Of a DNA stretch of 46,921 bases, positions 1 to 9,816 are shown piece after piece (the stretch's first letter is position 1; each line of letters starts with the position of its first letter). The notes below the pieces were generated by a model. The model was not told the origin of the DNA. It searched no databases and saw only the letters and a program-made list of their open reading frames with translations. Location of the stretch: assembly GCA_030430915.1 (NCBI GenBank), contig JAUIKH010000002.1:1-46921 (forward strand), in the 5' to 3' direction. Source of the DNA: a bacterium. Lineage in GTDB: Bacteria > Patescibacteriota > Saccharimonadia > Saccharimonadales > SZUA-47. Both the position numbers and the translations under genes were made by a program.

Positions 1-804
1 GAAGAATACGACAAAGTTCAAGCACTTCTCGGTAGTAGAGGTTGCCCAAGACTTGCCCAGCGACGAGAATTTGCACTACGCGGCTTTATACGTTGTGGCG
101 AGTGCGACTGTATGATTACCGCGCAAACTAAAACGAAAAAATTGAAATCTGGCGCTGAATCCGTTCATAGATACTACCACTGCACCGGAAAGCGCACTTG
201 TTCACAGATTACATCCTATGGTTATAAAAAAGAGGACGAGCTTTACGGCGAGCTTAATGAACTGCTGGATAGCTATGAATTGGTTCCACAGCTTGAAGAA
301 TGGGCACTAGAGGCTTTTCGAGAGATGGCCTCCAGTGAAGTTAGTGACAGAAAAAACATTCAAGTAATGCAAAATAAGACTGCTCAAAGTATCGAGGATC
401 AATTAGATACACTACTCGATATGGCTAGCAAGAGGTTAATCGATAATGATGCATATGAACGTAAAACTAAACAACTCAAGCTAGAACTAAAGAAGATTCA
501 CGAGGATCAGGCTGACACCGCAAATAGAGTTGAGAACTGGTTTGACTTTGCGACAAAGACATTCGAGCAGCTTACAAATGCTAGTGAAAAGTTCATCGAC
601 GGTGACACACTCGAAAAGAAGGACATATTACTGGCAATCGGTCAGAACCCTGTTCTTATAGACGGTCATCTCCAAATAACCCCAAATGAATGGCTAGAAC
701 CGGTGAGAAACAGTGCTAAAAGCATCAGGCACAAGCTTGATGAGGTTAGAACCATGCCTCAACAGATACAAAAAGCCTCTTTGGAGGCTATTCGTCTTGA
801 ATGG
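1..804. mobile_element. Edge of a putative integrative element inserted at the tRNA-Gln 3' end
   Basis: Integrase gene abuts and overlaps the tRNA CCA end (802-804). The other att site would lie outside the window, so the boundary is inferred. Confidence 0.55.
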
Positions 805-894
805 CTGGGATGGAGGGATTCGAACCCCCGAATGCCGGAACCAAAATCCGGTGCCTTACCACTTGGCGACATCCCATTATTATTGAATTTTTAA
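1..894 (+). CDS. Large serine recombinase/integrase, C-terminal part (5'-truncated by window)
   Basis: Frame is open from base 1 (EEYDKVQALL...FALRGFIRCGECDCM...YYHC). This gives the end of a recombinase domain, a CxxC...C zinc ribbon and a coiled coil. The ORF continues antisense through the tRNA-Gln to 894. Confidence 0.85.
   Translation, partial: EEYDKVQALLGSRGCPRLAQRREFALRGFIRCGECDCMITAQTKTKKLKSGAESVHRYYHCTGKRTCSQITSYGYKKEDELYGELNELLDSYELVPQLEEWALEAFREMASSEVSDRKNIQVMQNKTAQSIEDQLDTLLDMASKRLIDNDAYERKTKQLKLELKKIHEDQADTANRVENWFDFATKTFEQLTNASEKFIDGDTLEKKDILLAIGQNPVLIDGHLQITPNEWLEPVRNSAKSIRHKLDEVRTMPQQIQKASLEAIRLEWLGWRDSNPRMPEPKSGALPLGDIPLLLNF
770..789 (-). terminator. Intrinsic terminator for tRNA-Gln, embedded in the integrase CDS
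   Basis: Minus strand AGCCTC-CAAA-GAGGCT followed by a T run, 12 nt downstream of the tRNA CCA. Confidence 0.6.
802..876 (-). tRNA. tRNA-Gln(TTG)
   Basis: Reverse complement TGGGATGTCGCCAAGTGGTAAGGCACCGGATTTTGGTTCCGGCATTCGGGGGTTCGAATCCCTCCATCCCAGCCA forms a cloverleaf with anticodon TTG, GTTCGAAT T-loop and encoded CCA. Confidence 0.95.
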
Positions 895-1041
895 ACGAGT
901 CAATTCTTTCAGTCATTTGTTATGACTTGGTTATTTTACACTTTTATAGATAGAAAAGCCAGTCATATAAGAGGCTTATTGTTGAATTCTGTAGTACTTT
1001 ATACGTTTCAAGCTAAAGCCAAACATGTTATTTATATATAG

Positions 1042-2061
1042 ATGACACGCAAAGAAGAGAAACCATTTTTCTTAGAAAGTTTTATAGACCGTGAATCTTA
1101 CATGTCTAGACCACTAACCGAAGCTGTATCAATTGACCCTGAAAATTCTACAGAAATTGACGATGCGTTAAATATTGAAGTTATTTCAAAGCGAAAAAAG
1201 CAATATCAAGTTTCAATTTTTATAGCAGATCTGGGTCTTTTATACGGTATGGATTACGAAGTTAATAATGCTAGGGATAATGGATGGACTATATATGCCA
1301 GAGATGATGATACAGATTTCGAACCGATGCTAAGCAAAGATATTGTATCCAAGATTGGATTAACAAGTAATAATGATCTCGGTTCTCCATCAGTACAAAT
1401 TAACTTTGAATACAATGGGGGAAAAAGACTATCCGGAGATTTAGAATTACGTAAATCTAGAACTATAACTAAACCGTTTTCTTATAGAGAATACGACCAG
1501 ATTTTAAAAGGAAAAAGTAGAGATGACGATGAAAAAGTAAGGTCTAGACATCTATCAAATGTAGCGAGTATTATAAATTACCCAAGGAGACATAAACAAA
1601 CCGTTTCGACACGAAGTGAAGTAATGGTTGCCCAATTTATGGTTGCAGCAAACCGCTTAATTGCTGCAGAAAATGAAAAAATCAACAAAAGAGCAGGAGA
1701 AATAGTGTTGCCATGGCTATTCAGAAATCATGGAGCTTCAGCCTTTATAGATCTTAGAGATGAAAGGGAAAGGCAGGTATTTGAAACTATAAACCTAGCT
1801 CATTACGATACCGATTCATCTGGTCATGAAGCTTTAGGACTTACTAGTTATTGCCATTTCACTTCACCATTACGCAGGTTCCCAGACTTAGCTAATCACC
1901 TAAACGTACATGCCTATTTGACAGGACAAGAAATGGCTTTCACGACTCAAGACATGCAAAATATTGCACGAGAACAAGTAGCTTTAAAGGCAAAGCGCAG
2001 CGATAAAGTTTTACAAGTAATTGAAGATTATAATACTAGCATGGCGTCACCAAAAGAATAG
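1042..2061 (+). CDS. Stand-alone RNB-domain (RNase II/R family) ribonuclease
   Basis: SIDPENSTEIDDAL catalytic motif, FMVAAN and GHEALG...YCHFTSPLRRFPDL; no CSD or S1 domains. Confidence 0.8.
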   Translation: MTRKEEKPFFLESFIDRESYMSRPLTEAVSIDPENSTEIDDALNIEVISKRKKQYQVSIFIADLGLLYGMDYEVNNARDNGWTIYARDDDTDFEPMLSKDIVSKIGLTSNNDLGSPSVQINFEYNGGKRLSGDLELRKSRTITKPFSYREYDQILKGKSRDDDEKVRSRHLSNVASIINYPRRHKQTVSTRSEVMVAQFMVAANRLIAAENEKINKRAGEIVLPWLFRNHGASAFIDLRDERERQVFETINLAHYDTDSSGHEALGLTSYCHFTSPLRRFPDLANHLNVHAYLTGQEMAFTTQDMQNIAREQVALKAKRSDKVLQVIEDYNTSMASPKE

Positions 2062-3011
2062 AAACGATAACTATTTTTTAATGCGTGATTATATATCTTT
2101 TGCATTTCTAATTTTGATCCAATAAACGCCTCAACCATTAGAAGTAGGGAAGTGCCTGGTAAGTGAAAATTTGTAATTAAACTATCAACGGCTTTAAACT
2201 CATATCCTGGCTGAATAAAAATATCTGTAAAACCAGAAACATTTCTGTACAAGGACGGGCCTTGTACAGTAGATTCTAGGGTGCGAGCGGTCGTTGTACC
2301 AACAGCTGTTATGTGATTTGCATTTTTCAGTTTTTTTAGTTCTTTTTCTTTTATAGAAAAGTATTCTTCGTGTAATTTACCTGTATTAAAATTCTCTTCT
2401 GTCAAGCTACCAAAAGTACCTAGTCCTACGTGCAATGTGACTTCAGCAAGTTCATGATGTTTTTTTATCTCGTTTAGCAGTTTATCGGTAAAATGAAGGC
2501 CTGCAGTAGGTGCGGCTTTGGACCCCAAAGGTTTTGCATAAACAGTCTGGTATTCATTAGCCAATTTATCGTTTTGCGTTATGTAAGGTGGCAGGGGAAC
2601 ATGTTCAAATTTTTTCAATCTTTTATCATCATGATTAACGCTAAGTTTTAATGTTCTTATTCCTTCTTTGTCTATAGAAACTGTATGAAAAGTGAGCCAT
2701 TCATTAATCTTTAGTTGTTTTTCGAGCTTAAATTTTTTACCAGGTTTGACTAAGGCTCGAATTGTATTGGTATCTAGTTTTTCAATGACAAATATTTCAA
2801 TTTTTGAGTCATTAAACAACCATCGACAATTTTCTACCTTAGAATTATTAATTGCTAATGTTGATTGTTGAGGCAAAAATTTTATTAAATCACGAAAAAT
2901 AGCATCAGTAATCTGCCTTGTCTGTCTATCATAGACTAATAATCTTGCAGAGTCTCTAGGGTTCACCGGCTCTTGTGAGATTAGCTCACTGGGTACATTA
3001 AAATTAATCAT
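2028..3011 (-). CDS. queA: S-adenosylmethionine:tRNA ribosyltransferase-isomerase
   Basis: PLPPYI, YQTVYA, AAPTAGLHFT, TLHVGLGTF, AVGTT, TNFHLP and YRFYSFGDAM motifs. Confidence 0.95.
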   Translation of the reverse strand: MINFNVPSELISQEPVNPRDSARLLVYDRQTRQITDAIFRDLIKFLPQQSTLAINNSKVENCRWLFNDSKIEIFVIEKLDTNTIRALVKPGKKFKLEKQLKINEWLTFHTVSIDKEGIRTLKLSVNHDDKRLKKFEHVPLPPYITQNDKLANEYQTVYAKPLGSKAAPTAGLHFTDKLLNEIKKHHELAEVTLHVGLGTFGSLTEENFNTGKLHEEYFSIKEKELKKLKNANHITAVGTTTARTLESTVQGPSLYRNVSGFTDIFIQPGYEFKAVDSLITNFHLPGTSLLLMVEAFIGSKLEMQKIYNHALKNSYRFYSFGDAMLVL

Positions 3012-3101
3012 TTCATGTATTTATAGCAAAATTTAGTAAAACATGCTCCATTGACCTTTTGCACTATTTGTATTATTATTTATACATTAAAGCTTAAGGT
3101 A

Positions 3102-3530
3102 ATGACGAATAAATCTGAACTAGTCACAACCTACCCCATATCAGAAATACCAAGAAATTGCGATGATTGTGTAGGTGCTTGCTGTAAAAAAGGAGTCACA
3201 CTCCCACTTACTGACGTGGAGCTTCAATTCATGGAAAATTCAGGTGCAGAGCTAGACTACTATTCAACGTTTGATAAAAAGACAAGTAAACTATCCAAGC
3301 TTGCCAGCTTTATCTCAGGAAAAAAACAGCAGGAAAATGTTTCAATATACGAATTTACAGAAGATTGCCCATTTTTAGAAGATAATCAATGTCAAATATA
3401 CGATAGCCCGGATAAACCTGAGATATGCTCTAATATGAAAGCCGATAGTTATTCTTGCCTAAACATAAGAATGGATGCAGGACTTGAAACTAATGTTTCA
3501 GTTAACAATAGACTTCAAATTAAAGATTAA
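3102..3530 (+). CDS. YkgJ/CxxCxxxCC family cysteine-cluster protein
   Basis: CDDCVGACC, CPFL and CQIY..KPEIC motifs. ATG at 3102 preferred over TTG 3051, which coincides with a TTGACC -35 box. Confidence 0.75.
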   Translation: MTNKSELVTTYPISEIPRNCDDCVGACCKKGVTLPLTDVELQFMENSGAELDYYSTFDKKTSKLSKLASFISGKKQQENVSIYEFTEDCPFLEDNQCQIYDSPDKPEICSNMKADSYSCLNIRMDAGLETNVSVNNRLQIKD

Positions 3531-3564
3531 TTTTTTATAACTATTCATAAGCTATAATATAGCT

Positions 3565-4077
3565 ATGAAATCTATAGTATTAGGTGGTGGATGTTTTTGG
3601 TGTTTAGAGGCCGTTTATCAGCAAATTAACGGCATAGAAAAAGTTACGTCTGGTTATGCTGGCGGAACTCTAAATAATCCAAGCTATCATAAACATGGAG
3701 ATCATGCCGAAGTTATAAAAGTGCAATATAACGAAAACAAGATAAGCTTGAAAAAGATTTTCGAAGTATTTTTCTCAATACATGATCCGACAACTGTTAA
3801 TAGGCAAGGGAATGATGTCGGAAGCCAATACCGATCAATAATTCTTTGTAATGACTACCTGGAGTCAAACATCGCACATGAAGTCATAGATGGTATTAGT
3901 GAGTTATGGGACAACCCCGTGGTCACTGAAGTAAATCTACTTGATAAATTTTATCCAGCTGAAGACTACCATCAAGATTTTTATAAAAAAAATCCTGGAA
4001 ACTCATATTGCCAAGTAATAATAAATCCAAAATTGTCAAAATTTAAAAAGAATTTTTCTCATCTATTAGCTAAGTAG
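3565..4077 (+). CDS. msrA: Peptide-methionine (S)-S-oxide reductase
   Basis: GGGCFWCLE, HDPT..NRQGNDVGSQYRS and AEDYHQ motifs. Confidence 0.96.
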   Translation: MKSIVLGGGCFWCLEAVYQQINGIEKVTSGYAGGTLNNPSYHKHGDHAEVIKVQYNENKISLKKIFEVFFSIHDPTTVNRQGNDVGSQYRSIILCNDYLESNIAHEVIDGISELWDNPVVTEVNLLDKFYPAEDYHQDFYKKNPGNSYCQVIINPKLSKFKKNFSHLLAK

Positions 4078-4099
4078 CTAAAGACTGTACAATAGTAAT

Positions 4100-7000
4100 G
4101 TGACAGAAATTAAATTAAATGATGCTCAAAAAGATGCTGTAAATCACATTTACGGTCCATTGCTTGTTTTAGCTGGTCCAGGAACGGGTAAGACCCAGCT
4201 ACTTTCTGCTAGAATTGCAAATATTCTAGAAAAAACTGATACAAATGCACAAAATATACTTTGCTTAACCTTCACCGAATCAGCGGCACAAAACATGCGC
4301 GAAAGATTGACTAGCTTAATTAAGGATGATGCATATGATGTTCATATAGCAACCTACCATGGTTTTGGGAATGACATTATCCGTAGCTACCCAGAATATT
4401 TTGAAAATATTGATTTAGAAACAGGTAAGGATAGTCGCCTTGAAAAGCCTATAGACGACCTACAGAGACTACAAATTATTAGTGAGATTGTAGAGAGATT
4501 GCCGTATTCAAGCCCATTAATTGGTGCGAGAAATCATGTAAAACACGTTGTCAGCACAATAAGTGAACTAAAACGTGGATTATTCACTCCAGATAAACTA
4601 AAAGAGCTAGCTAAAAGTAATTTAGCCCAAATACGCGACATTAGCCCAAAAATATCCAAGCAAATTGGGATAATTAATAGCTTACCGAGAACTGCTGATA
4701 AATCTATAGAGCTTTTCTCAGGAGTTTTAGAAATTTTAGAAGGTTATGAAGGTCTAGCTGAAATTGCATATGAAGAACTGGAACAGTCATTAGCCCAAGC
4801 AGCAGACACAAATAAATCTAAGCCATTGACAGCATGGAAAAATAACTGGCTAAAAAAGGACGGAAACAACTACTTTATTTTTTCAGATGAAGACCAAAAC
4901 AAAAGAATATTAGAGCTTGCAAATATATATGACAACTACCAAAAAAAGTTAGAGGAAAATCATCAATATGACTTTGAAGACATGATTTTAAAAGTAATTG
5001 ACGGTTTGAAAAATAATAGCGAGCTAAAGTACAATCTTCAGGAAAAATATCAATTTATTTTACTAGATGAATTCCAAGACACAAATGCCGCGCAGTTTGA
5101 ACTAGTAAAACAGCTAGGCGATAATCCCGTAAATGAAGATCAACCAAATATATTTGCTGTAGGAGACGATGATCAAGCAATCTATGCTTTCCAAGGCGCA
5201 CGATCTAGCAATATGTTATCATTCATAAATTCTTTTAGGGATGTTAGGGTTATAAATCTGACAGAAAATTACCGCTCCCACCCAGACATAATTCATACGG
5301 CCCATAGTATTGCTGGGCAGATTGAGTTCAGACTGCATAAAGAATTAGAAGGAATAGACAAAACCTTAAATGCAGCAAGCAACAAACTGCCAAATGTTTC
5401 AGAAATTGAGAGACATGAATTTGACGGTGAAGCTAATGAATATGGCTGGGTAGCTAAACAGGTAGAAAGACTTATCAAAGATGGTGTGGATCCAAATGAA
5501 ATTGCAATTTTAGCACCACGACATAAATATCTAGAGAAAGCTGTTTTGTTTTTAAACAAACTAGATTTACCGATATCTTACGAGAAAAGGGAAGACATCT
5601 TACAAAGCAAGATAATTAGATATTTAAGATTAATGACCGAGCTGGTAGTGGCATGCAGCGAAGATGACATATATAAAATGAACGAATTATTCCCAAGAGT
5701 TTTGTCACTAGACTTTTACGAAATACCGATAAAAGAAATTTTGCAAACTAACTGGACAATTAAAAATATACGAAATAAAAACGAAGAGTATTCTGAAAGT
5801 TCTAATTGGGGTATACACGGTCTGCAGCAAAAGAATCTAGCCCCTCATATTGAATTCTTTCTAAATTTAGGCATTAAATCGCCTGAAGAACCACTCGAAT
5901 ATGTACTCGATTACTTGATTGGAAGCTACCCAGTCAAGCTGGATAGCGGCACTAACTACAGCTCGCCCCTAAAATCTTACTACTATAAAAAAAGTAATAG
6001 TTATAAATTAGAGTATTACGAATCAATAGCAAACCTTTCGTCAATACGTGAAAACCTAAGAACATATCAAAGTAACACGGAAAAACTTCTAAAAATTGAT
6101 GACTTTATTAGCTATATAAATGCTTACGAATTGGCAGAGCAGCCACTAATAAATACTCACCCGATAGCCACCAGCGAAAAATCTGTTCAGTTACTAACGA
6201 CTTATAAAGCAAAAGGCTTGGAATTTGAACATGTTTTCTTGTTATCAGTACATGATGATGTTTGGGGTAAAAAAGCTAGAACCAACTCAAATAAAATCAG
6301 CCTACCATCGAACCTAACACATATTAGATATCAAGGCAGTGATGAAGATGAACTGAAAAGACTGTTATTTGTAGCAATAACGCGATCAAAACATGGACTC
6401 TACTTAACTAGTCATAACTTAAAAGATTCTGGCAAGAAGAATGAGCCTGTCAAATACCTATTAGAATTTGAAGATAAAAACACACGTAAAACCACTGTGC
6501 TCCCAGAGCACAAACAACAAGTTATCAAGACAACCTTTAATATGGATATTTCTATGATGCAAACAGAAACACTCTGGGAAAGCCGACATTTAAATATTGA
6601 CGTTAGTTTACGTAACTTGTTGAAAGATCGACTTGTAAAATATCAAATGAATCCTACCCATCTAAACACATTCATAGATATGGAGTATGGTGGACCTGAA
6701 GTCTTCCTACTACAAACTCTGTTGAAATTCCCCCAAGCTCCTGGTGAGAATGGAGAATATGGGAATGCAGTTCACGGTGCACTTGACTGGTATCAGAGAG
6801 AATTAGATAAAGATCCGGGACTTGATTCGAGTATAATTTTGAAGCAGTATGACAAAATATTATCAGCACGTTACATTCTTGAAAAAAATATTGATGATTT
6901 TAGAAGACGAGGACACAACGCACTAAAAACTTACATGAACGCACGCCAAGAAATGTTTGGCAACGTTGCTAAAAGTGAGGTAGATTTCAGAAAAGAGGGA

Positions 7001-7420
7001 GTAATATTAAATAATGTAAATTTAAGTGGAAAAATTGACCGCCTCGAAATTGATGAAGAAAATAAATCTGTAAATATTGTTGATTACAAAACTGGTAAAC
7101 CACATAAAAAATGGGAAAATAGCACAAAACTTCTAAAATACAGACAACAACTGTACTTCTATAAATTCCTTATTGAAGGCTCTCACACTTGGCAAAAATA
7201 TACTGTTAATTCAGCCCGTTTAGAGTTTGTTGAGCCAGACATGAATGGAAAAGTTATGGAACCTTTGTACGTAGACTTTAATAATCTAGAAGAAACAGAA
7301 GTGAGAAATCTTATTTTAGCGGTCTGGAGCAGAATTAAATCGGTAGATTTACCATATACCGAGAAGTACTCTAAAGACTATAAAGGTACCAGACAATTTA
7401 TCGAAGACTTAACCATATAA
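4100..7420 (+). CDS. UvrD/PcrA-family ATP-dependent helicase with C-terminal PD-(D/E)XK nuclease
   Basis: AGPGTGKT, DEFQD, VGDDDQAIY, NYRS, KAKGLEF and LLFVAITR helicase motifs; C-terminal GKIDR...IVDYKTG...QLYFY RecB-type nuclease. GTG start. Confidence 0.92.
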   Translation: MTEIKLNDAQKDAVNHIYGPLLVLAGPGTGKTQLLSARIANILEKTDTNAQNILCLTFTESAAQNMRERLTSLIKDDAYDVHIATYHGFGNDIIRSYPEYFENIDLETGKDSRLEKPIDDLQRLQIISEIVERLPYSSPLIGARNHVKHVVSTISELKRGLFTPDKLKELAKSNLAQIRDISPKISKQIGIINSLPRTADKSIELFSGVLEILEGYEGLAEIAYEELEQSLAQAADTNKSKPLTAWKNNWLKKDGNNYFIFSDEDQNKRILELANIYDNYQKKLEENHQYDFEDMILKVIDGLKNNSELKYNLQEKYQFILLDEFQDTNAAQFELVKQLGDNPVNEDQPNIFAVGDDDQAIYAFQGARSSNMLSFINSFRDVRVINLTENYRSHPDIIHTAHSIAGQIEFRLHKELEGIDKTLNAASNKLPNVSEIERHEFDGEANEYGWVAKQVERLIKDGVDPNEIAILAPRHKYLEKAVLFLNKLDLPISYEKREDILQSKIIRYLRLMTELVVACSEDDIYKMNELFPRVLSLDFYEIPIKEILQTNWTIKNIRNKNEEYSESSNWGIHGLQQKNLAPHIEFFLNLGIKSPEEPLEYVLDYLIGSYPVKLDSGTNYSSPLKSYYYKKSNSYKLEYYESIANLSSIRENLRTYQSNTEKLLKIDDFISYINAYELAEQPLINTHPIATSEKSVQLLTTYKAKGLEFEHVFLLSVHDDVWGKKARTNSNKISLPSNLTHIRYQGSDEDELKRLLFVAITRSKHGLYLTSHNLKDSGKKNEPVKYLLEFEDKNTRKTTVLPEHKQQVIKTTFNMDISMMQTETLWESRHLNIDVSLRNLLKDRLVKYQMNPTHLNTFIDMEYGGPEVFLLQTLLKFPQAPGENGEYGNAVHGALDWYQRELDKDPGLDSSIILKQYDKILSARYILEKNIDDFRRRGHNALKTYMNARQEMFGNVAKSEVDFRKEGVILNNVNLSGKIDRLEIDEENKSVNIVDYKTGKPHKKWENSTKLLKYRQQLYFYKFLIEGSHTWQKYTVNSARLEFVEPDMNGKVMEPLYVDFNNLEETEVRNLILAVWSRIKSVDLPYTEKYSKDYKGTRQFIEDLTI

Positions 7421-7500
7421 CTAATACTTAAACATTAGTAATATTTTAATAATCATATTTAACTTGTATAGTTTGAAAAAACTAAATAAAATACCTGAAA

Positions 7501-8151
7501 ATGGCTAGCGATAGACAACAATTTAAACAAGCAATGGACCACTGGGAATCACTACATGAAAAAGAGTTATATAGTGTTCCTGAAAAAGAAGGTATAACTG
7601 CAATATTGGCGTCCGGCTACCCTTTTAATTTAAAAACCGCATCAAAAGATGGTGAAAACAGAGAAAAAATAACTGAAGCAATACTGTTAGACTCTGAAGA
7701 CACAGATGAATTTAACGCAGAAGCAGCTGAAATAGCCGAAAATCTAGAAGAGTACGGCAACAAAACTCTAGTAATAAAGAATGCCAAGTATAGTGATGCA
7801 GAATCAGTAATTAGAGCAAAAGAAGTCGCAAATATAATTTTTATTGGACATGGAAGCTTAAGTGATATACAACTAGCTGGTTCTCCGAAAGATGTACTTG
7901 ACTGGAAAAGAGTGTCAGAGTTATCAACCCATTTAAAAACAGGTGGGGTAGAGCAGAGGCAATGTGGTATAGCTACAAGAGACTTAAATGTGCCACTGGG
8001 AATGTTTGTGGTTAGTGATTTTTTCAAAGTTAGGGCAGCTGTTGGACAAATTTTTGAACCGGACAGCTTAAGTAGCTGCGTTAATAGTCTAATTACGCCC
8101 GTACTAGAAGATGGAGATGAATTAAGCTACAACTTTTTCAAGCGTGAATAA
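7501..8151 (+). CDS. Hypothetical protein, possible caspase/CHAT-like (clan CD) His-Cys dyad
   Basis: 216-aa ORF with IIFIGHGS and downstream QRQCG. Confidence 0.5.
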   Translation: MASDRQQFKQAMDHWESLHEKELYSVPEKEGITAILASGYPFNLKTASKDGENREKITEAILLDSEDTDEFNAEAAEIAENLEEYGNKTLVIKNAKYSDAESVIRAKEVANIIFIGHGSLSDIQLAGSPKDVLDWKRVSELSTHLKTGGVEQRQCGIATRDLNVPLGMFVVSDFFKVRAAVGQIFEPDSLSSCVNSLITPVLEDGDELSYNFFKRE

Positions 8152-8168
8152 ATACTCTAATTTATTTT

Positions 8169-8873
8169 TCAACTTGCCTTAAAACTATCAGGCAACACGA
8201 CTCCTGTAACTTTCACCAATTTTCCGACCGTTAGCCTGCTAAGACTTGTTATATTTCTCCTAGCAAAACTCATATTTTCTTGTAACGTGATTTCCTCACC
8301 AGAGTTATTTATAAAAACTGGTGGTGGATTAATATAGCAAGATAGAAGTTCTTCTACCTGTTGACAATATTCTCTGAAGCTATATTCTATCGGGACTTTT
8401 CTTTCTACCGCTTCTTGAATGATCAAACCGAAGTTTTTTAAAAACTCTGTTTCGTTACCCATAACATTACCGACATCAGCTATCCTCACGGCTTTGTCTA
8501 GATTGGACTCGGGTGTTATATCATATCTAGTACTAAGAATGGCCTGAGACACCTTATCGATTACTGAGGAGTTCATTCCTCTATTTGCTAGTTCGTTTTT
8601 AGCAATTTCTGCTGAATACTCCTCTTTATAACTATGTCCTACAGCAATATGATCTTTATGATAATTTGCGTCATGCGCATAGAGCGCTAAGTGACCTAAG
8701 TTTCTATCGATATCAACATCTTGTCGGCCTAGAACTTCTGTTAAGTGATTAAAATAATTAACACTATTCATAACGTGACCATCAAAGTTATGAAAGGGCA
8801 GATCAATATAATATTTTCGCATGTCTTCAGCAAAATCCTCTACAAAAGATTTATTCAGTAAATTTTCTGACAT
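8169..8873 (-). CDS. HD-domain metal-dependent phosphohydrolase
   Basis: LPFHNFDGH, AHDANYH, EEYSA and IADVGN motifs. Confidence 0.7.
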   Translation of the reverse strand: MSENLLNKSFVEDFAEDMRKYYIDLPFHNFDGHVMNSVNYFNHLTEVLGRQDVDIDRNLGHLALYAHDANYHKDHIAVGHSYKEEYSAEIAKNELANRGMNSSVIDKVSQAILSTRYDITPESNLDKAVRIADVGNVMGNETEFLKNFGLIIQEAVERKVPIEYSFREYCQQVEELLSCYINPPPVFINNSGEEITLQENMSFARRNITSLSRLTVGKLVKVTGVVLPDSFKAS

Positions 8874-8920
8874 AATTAAAAATACTATATTATAATTTTA
8901 TAAATTGTACAAAAATATAA

Positions 8921-8946
8921 AAGCAGGCCCAATATTAGGCCTGCTT
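8921..8946 (-). terminator. Intrinsic terminator of the LysM-CHAP gene
   Basis: AAGCAGGCC/GGCCTGCTT inverted repeat with a T-rich tail on the minus strand. Confidence 0.75.
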
Positions 8947-8973
8947 ATGTTTAATTTACAATTTAATTAAATT

Positions 8974-9750
8974 CTAATACACAAACATCCAGCCGCTTGA
9001 AGGTACTGTACGAACGGTAACTTCATAAAGCCTCCTATGATTCATATCACTAATTACGAATGTTCCATCACTATTTACAGACTGCACATAGCCAACATGA
9101 TTACCTCTTTGTGCGATCGCACCTGTTCTAGGTGTTGAGCCTGTAGGTATTCCTTGAGCTGATGCTCTGGACACCCATGATATAGCATTTCCTAAATTGT
9201 TAGGTAGGTCTGGACGCATATTTTTAGCATGCCAAGTACAATATCCTGCCACGTATCTGTTACCACTTGATGACCCCCGACTAACAACAGTATGTGGACT
9301 AGATGTTTGAGCGCTTACAGCTTTACTTTTATGCATTGTCGTAGTTGGAGAAGGCTCAACCTCTATCTCAGGAAGATCTCTGGGTGGGACATCTTCATCT
9401 TTTTCAGGAATTACAATTTCTTCACCAGGATTTATGATATCTGGATTTTTAATATTTTCATTTTTATCATAAACTTTTTTCCAAGTGGTTTCGTATTTTT
9501 TTGCAATTGTACTTAGTGTCTCTTTTTCTGCAATTTTATGAACTTTCTGCTGTTTATCCTGTTTTTCTTCTGCTTTTTGATCTTTTTCTTTAATAACCAG
9601 TGGATCTTTAACTGTAGCGCTAGCAAGTAGCACTGCCTTATTGGCCTCTGGTTTAGTTTGTATACTTTCTAGTTCAAATGCACTAGATTTTGAAGTGGTC
9701 CCAAAAAATATTGCACACACAAACAGACCCGCTAAAACGGATTTACGCAT
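8974..9750 (-). CDS. Secreted LysM + CHAP peptidoglycan hydrolase
   Basis: Signal peptide ending SSA; LysM (HKIAEKETLSTIAKKY...NPDIINPGEEIVIP); CHAP (GYCTW, LGNA..W, GNHVGYV, SDMN). Confidence 0.9.
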   Translation of the reverse strand: MRKSVLAGLFVCAIFFGTTSKSSAFELESIQTKPEANKAVLLASATVKDPLVIKEKDQKAEEKQDKQQKVHKIAEKETLSTIAKKYETTWKKVYDKNENIKNPDIINPGEEIVIPEKDEDVPPRDLPEIEVEPSPTTTMHKSKAVSAQTSSPHTVVSRGSSSGNRYVAGYCTWHAKNMRPDLPNNLGNAISWVSRASAQGIPTGSTPRTGAIAQRGNHVGYVQSVNSDGTFVISDMNHRRLYEVTVRTVPSSGWMFVY

Positions 9751-9789
9751 TTAAATTGTCTCCTTTTTCTTGTTTAGTGTGACGAGTAG

Positions 9790-9816
9790 TTAATATTTGA
9801 ATTCTCGTCGACGCAT
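9790..9816 (-). CDS. Putative leader peptide MRRREFKY in the LysM-CHAP 5' UTR
   Basis: GAGGTG SD-like sequence, then ATG CGT CGA CGA GAA TTC AAA TAT TAA. Confidence 0.3.
   Translation of the reverse strand: MRRREFKY

Noticed and set aside
4098..4103. ATG-TGA start-stop overlapping the helicase GTG start
   Set aside because: The ATG is only 4 nt after the -10 box, probably upstream of the transcription start.
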